DNA of 64,000 nucleotides from Nitrospiraceae bacterium (GCA_050246315.1 JBFWWG010000002.1:300811-364810); one strand, 5' to 3'; positions 29,808-39,655 are shown, counted from the stretch's first letter. Program-made: numbers and translations. The notes: generated by a model not told the origin, from the sequence alone.

Positions 29808-30863
29808 CTACTCGCTCGGCCCTGCCGTTGTGACCGCTCCGCCGCAGGACGAGCCGGCACCAGCCGTACAGCCGTAACAGTGGTTCCCTGTCACAATCCT
29901 GCGGGTGCCCAGGCGGGTTGGATCGAAGTCACGAATATGCCGTGGCATCCCCTCGTCGAGCGGCAGATCGAGCATCTGATTGAAGTCGCAATCATACAGG
30001 GTGCCGTCCCATCCCACGGAAATCATCGACCGGCACATGACGCCGGCAGCAGCGGCCGGGTTGAACGCATTGGCCAGTCGTTCCATGTAAGCTTCGTAGT
30101 TGCCACTCTCGATAAGGAACTCCAGGAATCGACTGATGGGCATATTCGTGATGGTGTAGAGGTGGTTGAATTCGATCCCATGGCGAGTCCGGAGCTCTTT
30201 CCTGAACTGCGCTTCAATCGCCTCTTGCTTCGGCGGGAGAAAGGCACCCACTGGATTGTAGACAAGATTCAAATCGAGGCCGCTGCCAGGCCGCCCATAG
30301 CCGAGTCGGTTCAGGAGGCGTAATGCCTCGATCGACTTCTCGAAAATACCCTCGCCTCGCTGGGCGTCAGTCTGGCTGGCACGGTAGGAGGGAAGCGAGG
30401 CAATGATTTCGACGCGGTAGGTGGCTAGAAACTTGGCAAGATTCACCTGGGAGGGAAGGAGTAACACGGAGAGATTGCAGCGATCCACCACATGACGGCC
30501 AAGTCCACGAGCCTGTTCGACCAGCCAGGGAAAATTGGGGTTCAGCTCCGGCGCGCCGCCGGTGATATCGAGGGTTGCAATGTCGGTCCTGGCCAACGCT
30601 GCGATACAGAGTTCGGCGGTCTCCTTCGACATCGTTTCGGTGCGATCCGGCCCTGCATCGACGTGACAATGCCGGCAGGTCTGGTTGCAGAGCTTGCCGA
30701 CGTTGATCTGAAAGACTGCGAGCCCCGTGGCCTGGAGCGGGAACAAGCCGGCCTGATTGAGTCGCCTTTCAAATGGGGGACAACCGATCGTTCCTGTGAG
30801 CAACCTGAGCTGTTCAGCGGGAGTGGCAAGCGGATTGTGTCGTCCGAGCAAGGTCAGCGGCAT
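29808..30863 (-). CDS. arsS: Arsenosugar biosynthesis radical SAM protein
   Basis: QINVGKLCNQTCRHCHVDAGP, DITGGAPELNP, TNMPISRF, YDCDFNQML, HCYGCTAGAGSSCGGA. Confidence 0.9.
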   Translation of the reverse strand: MPLTLLGRHNPLATPAEQLRLLTGTIGCPPFERRLNQAGLFPLQATGLAVFQINVGKLCNQTCRHCHVDAGPDRTETMSKETAELCIAALARTDIATLDITGGAPELNPNFPWLVEQARGLGRHVVDRCNLSVLLLPSQVNLAKFLATYRVEIIASLPSYRASQTDAQRGEGIFEKSIEALRLLNRLGYGRPGSGLDLNLVYNPVGAFLPPKQEAIEAQFRKELRTRHGIEFNHLYTITNMPISRFLEFLIESGNYEAYMERLANAFNPAAAAGVMCRSMISVGWDGTLYDCDFNQMLDLPLDEGMPRHIRDFDPTRLGTRRIVTGNHCYGCTAGAGSSCGGAVTTAGPSE

Positions 30864-30912
30864 CTCTCTCTCCGTGAGCAAGCGTGAAGCACCTCAGAAA
30901 CCCACCATGGCG

Positions 30913-31269
30913 TCAGCGGGTGTGCCCGATGCCGGCCAACACCGTTTCCGGAAATCGCAACTCGCAGCATCCGAAGTTGAGCGCCCGTCCTTGCCGATTG
31001 GCGAGCGCGCGTTGGACCCTCGGCAGGATGCGATAACAGACCTGCTTGCCGTCCCGATGTCCCTCAACCAATCCGGCATCCCGGAGAATCCGGAGATGAT
31101 GGGAGATGTGCGGTTGCGGACAGCGTAATTGCCGGACGAGGTCCGTCACGCATTTCTCCTCGACCAGTAACGACTCCAGGATACGCAGCCGGGTGTGGTC
31201 CGCCAGGGCCTTGAGCATCGTGGCGCATTGGTCCGCGGTGCGCATGTCGCCGGGTGAGACGGGCTTCAT
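30913..31269 (-). CDS. arsR: ArsR/SmtB family repressor
   Basis: LKALADHTRLRI, CVTDL, QPHISHHLRILR, C-terminal GCC; TGATG coupling to arsM. Confidence 0.9.
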   Translation of the reverse strand: MKPVSPGDMRTADQCATMLKALADHTRLRILESLLVEEKCVTDLVRQLRCPQPHISHHLRILRDAGLVEGHRDGKQVCYRILPRVQRALANRQGRALNFGCCELRFPETVLAGIGHTR

Positions 31270-32456
31270 CAGCAGCAACCTCCATCGGGTGAACAGGTGA
31301 CCTCGCCGCCATTCACCCGCTGGCCCGTGCGGTTGATGATGGCGAAATGCGGAGCATATCCGTCGGTTGCCAATACCTTGAGGGTCTTGGAGCAGACTTC
31401 CAGCGGTTCGCCCCGTCGGTAGACGTGATGATCGTCATCAGCAGCTTCAAGAAATGGGCCCGCCAGCAGGGCAAAGTCTCCTTGCCACATGCAAGGGGCT
31501 TGCGTGGGCAACACCGCCCACCAGCGCGCATCCGCTCGGTCGAGCACGATCGGTTCATGCGACAGCACAAAATACGGGGCGAGCGGAGGCTGACTCAGCA
31601 GCAGAGCCGTGTCCGGCTCGATCGGTTGCGGAATACCTCGCTGATAGCTGGCTCCACGTTCATCCACCACAAGGCTAAACGGTCCGCGAAGTGTCGCATA
31701 GCGAACGGTGGCTCCCATGGAATGCGGTGGGAGTTTGTACCCGGTCAGGGTTACTGAGAAAAAGTGAATCCCATCGATGACTTGCCAGGGGGAGAAGCTG
31801 ACAAGATGGATACCGAGAAACCCCGCTTCCACCATGCCGGCGATATAGTCCGCCAGCGTCAACGCGCCAGAGAGACACGCACCCCATTTCTCAGCATCGT
31901 GCACCAGGTATTGCGGGACGGTTTGGTCTGACACGATATCGGAAATCGTAAAACGCCCACCCAGTTTCGTGACGCGGAACATCTCACGGAAGACCTTGCG
32001 CTTATCAGGCGCCAAGTTGATGACGCAGTTGGAAATGATCAGATCGATCGTGTTGTCGTCCACCGGCAGCGCGTCGGCCATGCCCTTGCGGAAGTCCACG
32101 TTCGAGGAGGCAAAGCCGAGGTTGGAGGCAACAATTGGCGCATTGCGGCGCGAGATCTCCAGCATCGTCTCCGTCATATCAATGCCGATTACCTGCCCGG
32201 ATAACCCGACCAGCCGTGAGGCTTCGAAGCAGTCGATTCCCCCGCCGGAGCCGATGTCCAGGACCGTCTCACCGGGGCGCACCGTCTTCAATCCGGCTGG
32301 CGTGCCACACCCATAGGAAATCTTGAGCACCTCTTCTGGGATAAACGTCTTCAGGTCGGCGAAATCGTAACTCGTCGGACAGCACATCTGCTCCCCCGTG
32401 GCAGCAGCCCGAGCGTACCGGTCACTGACTTTCTGGGTGATTTCTTCGATCGGCAT
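31269..32456 (-). CDS. arsM: Arsenite S-adenosylmethionine methyltransferase
   Basis: MCCP, SYGCGTP, VLDIGSGGGIDC, ISNCVINL, WGACLSGA, C-terminal GGCC. Confidence 0.85.
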   Translation of the reverse strand: MPIEEITQKVSDRYARAAATGEQMCCPTSYDFADLKTFIPEEVLKISYGCGTPAGLKTVRPGETVLDIGSGGGIDCFEASRLVGLSGQVIGIDMTETMLEISRRNAPIVASNLGFASSNVDFRKGMADALPVDDNTIDLIISNCVINLAPDKRKVFREMFRVTKLGGRFTISDIVSDQTVPQYLVHDAEKWGACLSGALTLADYIAGMVEAGFLGIHLVSFSPWQVIDGIHFFSVTLTGYKLPPHSMGATVRYATLRGPFSLVVDERGASYQRGIPQPIEPDTALLLSQPPLAPYFVLSHEPIVLDRADARWWAVLPTQAPCMWQGDFALLAGPFLEAADDDHHVYRRGEPLEVCSKTLKVLATDGYAPHFAIINRTGQRVNGGEVTCSPDGGCC

Positions 32457-32472
32457 GGTCCCCTCGTCGCGA

Positions 32473-32503
32473 CTGTATATATAGAGATTCGTCTATGTGT
32501 CAA
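32473..32503 (-). promoter_or_regulatory. arsM promoter with ArsR-type operator in the spacer
   Basis: Minus strand TTGACA ... TATATACA; ATATAGA-gattcg-TCTATGT palindrome at 32479-32498. Confidence 0.7.
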
Positions 32504-32578
32504 TCTTGCCCTATGAGAGCGGTCGCATCCTTGTAAATAGGTGGATAGGTCCATATACAGGGGCGCACATGGAGCTTC

Positions 32579-32594
32579 TGTAAGCTGGCTTACA
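32579..32594. promoter_or_regulatory. Crp-type box
   Basis: TGTAA-gctggc-TTACA. Confidence 0.6.
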
Positions 32595-32700
32595 GTCACA
32601 CGGCCCGCCAGTCTCTCGGCTGTGGACGCGCTGGAGTAGAGTCGGACGTTCAAGAGGATCATTACGGGTGGGAAACGAACAAACGGACACACTCCCCCCC

Positions 32701-32732
32701 TTGACTCCGTACTGTGGTACAGGGTGTATCGT
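32701..32732 (+). promoter_or_regulatory. MerR operator/promoter
   Basis: TTGACT-CCGTAC-tgtg-GTACAG-ggtg-TATCGT, 20-bp spacer, resembles Tn21/Tn501 merOP. Confidence 0.9.
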
Positions 32733-32748
32733 CACACATGAGGTGCAC

Positions 32749-33210
32749 ATGACAACCGAACTCACAATTGGGCAGCTCGCAAAGAATGTCGGGGTGAATA
32801 TCGAAACGATTCGCTACTACGAGCGACGCAGCTTACTCGATCCCACCTCGCGGCTGCCGTCCGGCTACAGACTGTACAACCGCGAGGCGCAGCGACGTCT
32901 CCGTTTCATCAAGAACGCCCAGGCGTTGGGTTTCACGCTCCATGAGATCGAGGAACTTCTCGATCTTCGAGTCAGGTCGAAGGCCCGGTGCGGCGATGTG
33001 CAGCGGAGGGCAGAAGCCAAGCTGAGGCACGTGGAGGCAAAAGTGCGCGACTTGCAGGCGCTGGCCAGAGCACTACGAAGCTTGCTTCACAACTGCCGGG
33101 CTGGTCAGCCAACCGATCGGTGTCCGATTCTCAAGGCTCTGGAGGATGAAAGGCACGGAAAGGGACGCATGGTGCGAAAGGAGGTGACCAGATCGGGAAG
33201 CGGACCGTAG
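32749..33210 (+). CDS. merR: Hg(II)-responsive MerR family regulator
   Basis: TIGQLAK..VNIETIRYYERR, LGFTLHEI, three Cys (ARCGD, HNC, RCPIL). Confidence 0.9.
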   Translation: MTTELTIGQLAKNVGVNIETIRYYERRSLLDPTSRLPSGYRLYNREAQRRLRFIKNAQALGFTLHEIEELLDLRVRSKARCGDVQRRAEAKLRHVEAKVRDLQALARALRSLLHNCRAGQPTDRCPILKALEDERHGKGRMVRKEVTRSGSGP

Positions 33211-33318
33211 GGATGGCTGAGGTGAAGTCAGGGATTGATCCACACCTGCCAGGCTGTTTCACCCACTCACAACGGCAGGACATCAGACGCTTGATCACAG
33301 GAGAAAGGAGACTCCGCG

Positions 33319-33597
33319 ATGGTGACCACAAAGCGCAAGGTTGAGGTATTCACGGCCGGCTGCCCGATTTGTCATGACACGGTCGAGCTGGTCAAGTCTT
33401 TAGTCTGCCCGAGTTGCGACCTTCAGATCTACGATCTACGGGAGGGTTGCGCGACGGGCGAATGCCGGGACAAAGCGAGACGCTACGGGATCACCGCGGT
33501 CCCGGCCGTCGCGGTTAACGGAACGTTGCTGGACTGTTGCCGGCGGGAACCGATCACGGCCGAGCGCTTAAGGGCTGCTGGCGTCGGACAGGTGTGA
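33319..33597 (+). CDS. Thioredoxin/glutaredoxin-like Cys-rich protein
   Basis: VFTAGCPIC, YGITAVPAVAVNG, DCC. Confidence 0.85.
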   Translation: MVTTKRKVEVFTAGCPICHDTVELVKSLVCPSCDLQIYDLREGCATGECRDKARRYGITAVPAVAVNGTLLDCCRREPITAERLRAAGVGQV

Positions 33598-33630
33598 TGG
33601 GAAGAGCGAACATCAGGGAGGAATGACTCC

Positions 33631-33891
33631 ATGAACCGGAATCGTCTCATGACTTTCGGCTTAACAGGCGCAGCGTTGACAGCACTCTGCTGTTTCACGC
33701 CGATTCTGGTCGGGCTGCTGGGTCTTGTGGGCCTGGGAGCGGTCACGGGCTACCTGGACTATGTGCTGCTCCCTGCCCTAGCCGCCTTCCTTGGCTTGGC
33801 TCTGTACAGCCTGTCTCGGCGAAACGGGGATGACGTCTCCGGCTGTTGTTCACACCATTCCGCACAAGAACACGGTAAACCGAAAGGATGA
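33631..33891 (+). CDS. merF: Mercury transport protein MerF
   Basis: ALCCFTPILV...GYLDYVLLPAL...C-terminal GCC. Confidence 0.9.
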   Translation: MNRNRLMTFGLTGAALTALCCFTPILVGLLGLVGLGAVTGYLDYVLLPALAAFLGLALYSLSRRNGDDVSGCCSHHSAQEHGKPKG

Positions 33892-34319
33892 CAAAAATCA
33901 TGACCGAAGAACAAAAAGAGATAAGGTCGGATCTCGAAAGTTTATTTCAAGAGCTGCGCCACCTCAGTCCGAAGGTGACCGGCGGGCTGCTGCGCATGCG
34001 ACAAGAGGCGTACCGCGACGGGGTTGTTTCCGCCAAGCATAAGCTCCTCACAGCGATGGCCATCTCGATCGCGATCCGATGTGAGCCCTGTATTCGGACC
34101 TACGTCCAAATGGCGGTTGAAAAGGGAATTGCCCAGGAAGAATTGATCGAATTCCTCGAAGTCGCCATGACCATGCAGGGTTGCCCAGGCGAGGAATGGG
34201 CATTGAAGGCCTATGCCGTGTACAAGGACTGCGTTAGTCGTCGGCCGCCTTCGGATGCATCAACCTGCTGCGAACACCAGCCTATGAGCCAAAACAAGAA
34301 TGAGGAGGGCGGGTCATGA
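33888..34319 (+). CDS. CMD/AhpD family protein
   Basis: KHKLLTAMAISIAIRCEPC, MQGCPG. Confidence 0.85.
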   Translation: MTKIMTEEQKEIRSDLESLFQELRHLSPKVTGGLLRMRQEAYRDGVVSAKHKLLTAMAISIAIRCEPCIRTYVQMAVEKGIAQEELIEFLEVAMTMQGCPGEEWALKAYAVYKDCVSRRPPSDASTCCEHQPMSQNKNEEGGS

Positions 34320-34855
34320 ACCGACAGATCGTGACCATGATACTAGCGATGTGCGTGACACTCATAGGGATCGCCGGCCTCGGCACGCAGCAGGCGACCG
34401 CAGCCAGCATCCTGATCCACATGAAGACCTCGCTGGCAGAGGACGACGCGCAAATTTGTGCTGTGCCGAATGTGGCTTGGGCGGCCGTCAAGGCGGGCCA
34501 TAAGGTGACAATTCTGGTTGATGCCAGCGCGGTGACATCAGTGACCAAGGGGTTTGGCTTTTTTCGCAGACTAATCGGTTCGGACAGTACCGCGCTCGAT
34601 CGAGCGGGGCTGCCGGAGCGAGAACGGCAGAGCGTCTCCGAACAGATGGGCGTACCCCTGGAGCAGGTCCCGCATAACTACGGGGAGTACTTTGAGATCC
34701 TCAAGAGCAAGCTGGGCGTTGAAATCTATGGCAATCAGACCATGATGCTGCTCTACAAGATCGATCCGGATCGAGTCGCCTCTTCAGTAACCCCCATTCC
34801 GCTGGAAAAGATGGTGGGCCTGTTCGTATCAGCCGATCATGCGATCGTGTACTGA
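34316..34855 (+). CDS. Exported DsrE/DsrF-like protein
   Basis: Signal peptide; GHKVTILVDASAV; C-terminal ADHAIVY. Confidence 0.65.
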   Translation: MNRQIVTMILAMCVTLIGIAGLGTQQATAASILIHMKTSLAEDDAQICAVPNVAWAAVKAGHKVTILVDASAVTSVTKGFGFFRRLIGSDSTALDRAGLPERERQSVSEQMGVPLEQVPHNYGEYFEILKSKLGVEIYGNQTMMLLYKIDPDRVASSVTPIPLEKMVGLFVSADHAIVY

Positions 34856-34881
34856 GCTTCAACCGACAAGGAAGGGTCTGA

Positions 34882-35568
34882 TTACGGGGAGGGTATTGAA
34901 GTGAATGTCCATGTCCGGCCGAAATCGGTGCTGTGGACACGAACGGTCCGTTCACCTCGAAAGGCCTTCGACCGTATGGTGAAGGAGATGGCCCCCTGCC
35001 GGGACACCTGGATGTCTCCAAAATGGGGAGCGCGATCCCCCTGGAAATCGTAGTGGCGGCAGTCAGCTTTTCCTTTAGGAGCGCACAAATCGGGTTTCAC
35101 AACCTGATCGATCAACTCCTCCGGGAGAGACGTGGGATACCACGCTCGAAACTGTCCGCACGCATCGAAGCTCACACTCACACCATTCCCCAGCCACACC
35201 AGCGTCTGATCATCGATCACCAGATAGTTGCGGTGCTCGCGCTCAACCAGCTCTGCAGCATTTTTGGAACCGATGGCACTCCCATTCCCTAATGTGCGCC
35301 ATCCTGGGTCCTGGGTCTTGTGGCCCGGGGAGTGTGCCGTGTGCTCCGACGCACACTGAACGCGAAACACTTCACCGGTATAGTGGAGCGGAAGGTTCTC
35401 ATGGTACCGAACGACCTTCAACTTGAAGTAAGGCCCTTCATAAAACACAGCCTCGTCGAGTTTCTGCGTGGCCTGGCTGCACGAGACGAGCGCGATGTTC
35501 CAAATCGTCGTCATCACGATAATCGTGAGGAAGAACCGCCCAGGCCAAGCAATCATATGTTGTGGCAA
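34882..35568 (-). CDS. Hypothetical exported protein or lipoprotein
   Basis: 228-aa ORF, hydrophobic N-terminus with LVSC, C-terminal STDFGRTW Asp-box. Confidence 0.65.
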   Translation of the reverse strand: MPQHMIAWPGRFFLTIIVMTTIWNIALVSCSQATQKLDEAVFYEGPYFKLKVVRYHENLPLHYTGEVFRVQCASEHTAHSPGHKTQDPGWRTLGNGSAIGSKNAAELVEREHRNYLVIDDQTLVWLGNGVSVSFDACGQFRAWYPTSLPEELIDQVVKPDLCAPKGKADCRHYDFQGDRAPHFGDIQVSRQGAISFTIRSKAFRGERTVRVHSTDFGRTWTFTSIPSP

Positions 35569-35580
35569 GACAACGCTCCC

Positions 35581-36017
35581 CTACCGCACCTGTGGCCAGC
35601 CGCGCTTCCACAAGCATTGTCCAGACGACAGATAGTCTTTAGATCGGCACCACTCAAGACACGATGCTATCGGGTAGTGCTTCGTCGTCACATACACGTA
35701 TTTTCCATTTGGTTGCTTTCGGAACACTTCCCACGGCCGGTCCTATTGCCCCATATGGAGATCTCCGAGAACGCCACGCCCTCAAATGACTCCAGGTCTT
35801 TCGTCAGGTTGCAGCGGAACAAAATCGTGTCTTGCACGCCGTTGATGAAGTAATCCTCGCCCAAGGGATATTCGGCATGTACGAAGGCTCGCAGCGCGTC
35901 TAGAGTTTCGAATTCAGCCGCATTGGCTACGCCCGTAAGCAGGAGGCCGCACCACACTGCGCTTACCACTGACCTGAGGCTGTGCCTGCAGAGGCTCAGA
36001 TCAAAAGCCATTGTCAT
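35581..36017 (-). pseudogene. Frameshifted exported hypothetical protein
   Basis: Frame to ...SIWGNRTG; a shift near 35735 continues PWEVFRKQPNGKYVY...KRGWPQVR* ending at 35581 next to the following gene's RBS. Confidence 0.5.
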
Positions 36018-36197
36018 GTCACCATTTCTCCTTGGGTGCCCCTAGTCATAAGTATAACGGATCGCCACATTGGTGATTGCCGAAGGCACCCCCTCACCGG
36101 CCCATTCATGAAGACGGCTGCAGCGTGTCCTGTAGCTCGAAGGACTGGCCCCGTGCAGAGGGTGACCCGCCTGTACGGGACCATGCGTCGTTCGCTT

Positions 36198-36554
36198 TCA
36201 GAAGGTAATGACCTGATACCCCTGTGCCACGAGCTTCTTGAAGCTGGGATGGCCTTCGAACTCGCCGGCCAGCTTGACCCCGCAGGCGACCACCTTGTCC
36301 TTCACGCCAAACGCGCCGGCGCAAAACTCGCAGGCGCCCCCGATGCGATCCTTCACCGCGACGTACAGGCCGTGCAGCCTGTGATCGGGCTTCTCTAATT
36401 CAGGAATCCACTTCGGCCCCGCTCCGTCGAAGATGAGCTGCACGTCGTCACACCCATCCTTGAACTCCTTTACCGCTTCCAGTGCGTTGACGACACGCCC
36501 CAGCCCTTCATGGGTTTCCGTATCGGCCAGCACAACAATCGCTACTTTGGACAT
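36198..36554 (-). CDS. DsrE family protein
   Basis: KVAIVVLAD, GRVVNAL, IFDGAG, GACEFCAGAFG. Confidence 0.85.
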   Translation of the reverse strand: MSKVAIVVLADTETHEGLGRVVNALEAVKEFKDGCDDVQLIFDGAGPKWIPELEKPDHRLHGLYVAVKDRIGGACEFCAGAFGVKDKVVACGVKLAGEFEGHPSFKKLVAQGYQVITF

Positions 36555-36676
36555 GATGCACTCCTTTCGGAAGACAGTAGGTGAATGAAGAAACCGCCTC
36601 CGCCTCATTCATTGGCCGGAGACGGCCTGAATGTCTTGATGAGTCCGCACTCTAACGCTCCTCCCATCATTCCATC

Positions 36677-36739
36677 TGTGGCCTGGCTTACAAACGCACA
36701 CGGTGCACTTTTCTTTCGCAACTCGTGAGGTGCCTTACA
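36677..36739. promoter_or_regulatory. Two Crp-type boxes serving divergent promoters
   Basis: TGTGG-cctggc-TTACA (36677) and CGTGA-ggtgcc-TTACA (36724); -10 TAGAGT (minus, 36654-36649) and TAGGAT (plus, 36761). Confidence 0.7.
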
Positions 36740-36811
36740 GATGGATGACGCACCAGCAGGTAGGATGGTGACATCGTGCGACAACACAGATCAATCACAG
36801 GAAGGTGCGGC

Positions 36812-37024
36812 ATGACGTGCGAACGATGCGAGGGCCTCATGGTAAGCGAGCTGATTTGTGATCTTCAGGAACTCAGCAGCGATCTCCGTGCGAACGGCTA
36901 TCGCTGTTTGCTCTGCGGGAATCTCGTCGATGCGGTGATTCTCGAAAATAGACGTCGTTCGACCAATGCGGTCGAGTCCATCACGGTCTACAGCCCTCGG
37001 ATGCCGCGGCTCGTGGCGGCATAA
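36812..37024 (+). CDS. Small zinc-ribbon protein
   Basis: MTCERCEGLMV...YRCLLCGNLVDAVILENR; paralog at 23784. Confidence 0.75.
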   Translation: MTCERCEGLMVSELICDLQELSSDLRANGYRCLLCGNLVDAVILENRRRSTNAVESITVYSPRMPRLVAA

Positions 37025-37098
37025 GGCGAGAAGAACCGCCGAAGCGATCGCGCCCTTCTCACGCCTGATTGAGGGTTCATCGAGGAAGGAGATGTTCC

Positions 37099-37347
37099 AT
37101 GACACTTCAAGACGAACCGGTAATGGCCCTTCGCCTCCAACTTCACCAACTACCCTGCCCAACGTGTGGCGGTCATGAGCTGGCGCCGGTGCTTCAATGC
37201 GATTACTACCCTGACGGCTGTCTCTGGCTGGTTCGCTGCGAAACGTGCCTGGCACAGTACCATCTGGATCATCGGAGCGGGCCCCCTTGGATCGACGATG
37301 CACGGACTGTTGCGCCGGCAGGCCCGGCGGCCACTGAACATTCTTAA
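37099..37347 (+). CDS. Small Cys-rich protein
   Basis: CPTC, C-x6-C, CETC; RBS AAGGAG. Confidence 0.6.
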   Translation: MTLQDEPVMALRLQLHQLPCPTCGGHELAPVLQCDYYPDGCLWLVRCETCLAQYHLDHRSGPPWIDDARTVAPAGPAATEHS

Positions 37348-37367
37348 CGGACAGAAGGGAGGCTCCC

Positions 37368-37829
37368 ATGCGAATCCATGATGTGATGTCCACCGGCGTG
37401 GTGACGAGTATGCCGATGGACTGCGTGCGGGAGATCGTCGTCAAAATGTTGAGCCGGCATTGCGGTGCGATTCCGATCGTGAGCGCCAATCACGAATTGC
37501 TCGGCATCGTGACCCTGCGCGATGTGATGTTGCCGATGTATCCCAACTACGGCGACTACATTCATGACGCGGTGCACAGCCGGGACTTTCTGGAGATGGA
37601 GCAGAACTATCCCGAGGTGCTGGCGAAGAAGGCCGAGGAGATCATGGTGCGTAATCCGCTGACCGTCTCGCCGGAGACGCCCATCCTCGAGGCGGCCTCC
37701 TATATGGGCCTCAAGAACTTGCGCCGCATCCCAGTCGCCGATCACGGCAAGCTCGTCGGCATGGTCAGCATCGGCGATATCCATCGCGGGCTCTTTTTCG
37801 CGCGCGGGGGTTGCGAAGCAGAGCCATGA
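37368..37829 (+). CDS. CBS-domain protein
   Basis: Tandem CBS repeats (IPIV..LLGIVT; IPVADHGKLVGMVSIGDI). Confidence 0.9.
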   Translation: MRIHDVMSTGVVTSMPMDCVREIVVKMLSRHCGAIPIVSANHELLGIVTLRDVMLPMYPNYGDYIHDAVHSRDFLEMEQNYPEVLAKKAEEIMVRNPLTVSPETPILEAASYMGLKNLRRIPVADHGKLVGMVSIGDIHRGLFFARGGCEAEP

Positions 37830-38761
37830 GCGAGCCACTGGACCGATTCTGTTCCAGACCTATCTCTCGCCGAGCCATGTTGTCTCTCGGCGCGAAAGCG
37901 GCGTTCGGTTTTTGCACCGCGTTGAGCGTCCTAGGAGGCCTGTCTGCCTGCTACCGCGCTCCCGGCACGGCGCGCGACCAACTGATTTTCTTCTCGGAGG
38001 AAAAGGAGCTGCAATTTGGACTGAGCGCCTACCGGGAAGTATTGCGGCAAGCGCGGCTGTCCGAAAACGCCGAGATCAATGACGTGGTCCAGCTGGTTGG
38101 ACAGCGGATCGCCAAGGCCGCCAACAAACCCGAGTATCAGTGGGAATTTGCGGTCATCGAAGAGGATCAGATGGTCAACGCCTTCGCGCTGCCCGGCGGG
38201 AAGGTGGCGGTCTTTACCGGGATACTGAAGCACACGAAGACTGATGCGGGGCTCGCGACCGTACTAGGCCACGAGGTGGCACATGCCCTGCAGCGTCATG
38301 GTGTAGAGCGGATGAGTCGCAGCATCATCGATCAGATCGCGCAGCTGGGGGCGTTGGGGGCGGCCGCATCCGGCCATTCCAGCGGAGCGGCAATCCAGGG
38401 GTTGTTAGGGGCATACGGTGTCAATGTGTCGCTGCCCTTCAATCGAAAGCAAGAATCCGAAGCGGACTACATCGGTCTGCGACTGATGGCGCAGGCAGGT
38501 TATGACCCGCGGGAAGCAGTGCCGTTCTGGGAACGGATGAGCGGGTGTCCCAAGCAGATGATCGGAAAACTCTGTTTTCGGTCGCAACAGGCGATCCCGG
38601 AGTTTCTGTCTACGCATCCCTCGGATGTGACGCGTATCACTCAAATCGAAGCGTGGCTGCCTGAGGCGCTTCGGCACTACGACGGACCAGGGGGAGGAAC
38701 GGACCGGCCGCCACCTGCGCCCTATCGGCCCATGATAGGGCCGATGCCGCAGTCCAGCTAG
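37826..38761 (+). CDS. M48 family metallopeptidase, Tat/lipoprotein signal
   Basis: SRRAML, LSAC, NAFALPGG, GHEVAH, QESEAD, FLSTHP. Confidence 0.92.
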   Translation: MSEPLDRFCSRPISRRAMLSLGAKAAFGFCTALSVLGGLSACYRAPGTARDQLIFFSEEKELQFGLSAYREVLRQARLSENAEINDVVQLVGQRIAKAANKPEYQWEFAVIEEDQMVNAFALPGGKVAVFTGILKHTKTDAGLATVLGHEVAHALQRHGVERMSRSIIDQIAQLGALGAAASGHSSGAAIQGLLGAYGVNVSLPFNRKQESEADYIGLRLMAQAGYDPREAVPFWERMSGCPKQMIGKLCFRSQQAIPEFLSTHPSDVTRITQIEAWLPEALRHYDGPGGGTDRPPPAPYRPMIGPMPQSS

Positions 38762-38881
38762 TTCGCCAGGATCATCCATCTTGGCACGAGCTGTCCGACC
38801 GGGCAGAGAGAAGGGTATCGGCCTCATTCCGGTGCGAGCGGTTCAGAGCACAATTTCAACATCACGAAAGGGGGCCATCTC

Positions 38882-39004
38882 CGACTCGCACAAGTGAAAG
38901 GACTCAGCGCGTGTCTCGGCGCGACGCAAAAGGCCGAACTGATTCGCAAGGTCACGAACGCGATCGTGTCGGAGAACGAGAAAGGTTTCGGCCTCGCTCC
39001 CGAG
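38882..39004 (+). pseudogene. Tautomerase (4-OT-like) remnant
   Basis: Reads RLAQVKGLSACLGATQKAELIRKVTNAIVSE with no ATG-Pro start. Confidence 0.5.
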
Positions 39005-39036
39005 CGCAGCAACCCTTGTCAGAGGAGGAGACAGAC

Positions 39037-39447
39037 ATGAGCCAGTCAAGTTGGACTCAGAACGTGTGGCGCATTCCTCTCCTGTTTGCCGGCGATCTCA
39101 TGAAACAGCCAACATGGATTCCGATCTGGGTCTTCGCGCTGATGATCATGAATGTGGCCAGCCTCGCGTTCTGGAGCGAACCGCTGGCAAAGGTCATCTT
39201 CGTGACGTTTCTGATGTCGGCCATGCTAATGATGGGACTCTATGCCAAATTCGGGTTCGAACGGATACTCGGATTGGGTCATGTGTTCTGGATTCCATTA
39301 TTGGCGTACATCGTTGTCCAGCTTCGCCATGCCGAAGGCGAATTCCAGACGTATCTCATTATGCTCTCCCTATGTATTGGGGCGTCATTGCTGTTCGATA
39401 TTGTGGATGTCTGGAAATTCCTGTCATCAAAGAGAATGCCTCACTGA
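39037..39447 (+). CDS. Hypothetical membrane protein
   Basis: RBS GAGGAG; about 4 TM; GFERILGLGHVFWIP. Confidence 0.75.
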   Translation: MSQSSWTQNVWRIPLLFAGDLMKQPTWIPIWVFALMIMNVASLAFWSEPLAKVIFVTFLMSAMLMMGLYAKFGFERILGLGHVFWIPLLAYIVVQLRHAEGEFQTYLIMLSLCIGASLLFDIVDVWKFLSSKRMPH

Positions 39448-39655
39448 CATCGATCCCCCGTTGGCCTCAGTACTCGCGCCATCGTTTGTCACATCACGAA
39501 GGGAATTGAGCGGTCCACGGGTGTGCCAACTGGCATGGCTCCGAGGCCCGCTCGGCGGCGGCGATCAGCGGGATTTGTATCAGATTGGCTTGCGCCTAAG
39601 TGGCTGACGAAGATCCCCTGCGTGCGGTTTGCACGTCTCCGACGCCGACCGCAAC

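Noticed and set aside
38781..38797. TTGGCACG as a sigma54 promoter
   Set aside because: No GC at the -12 position
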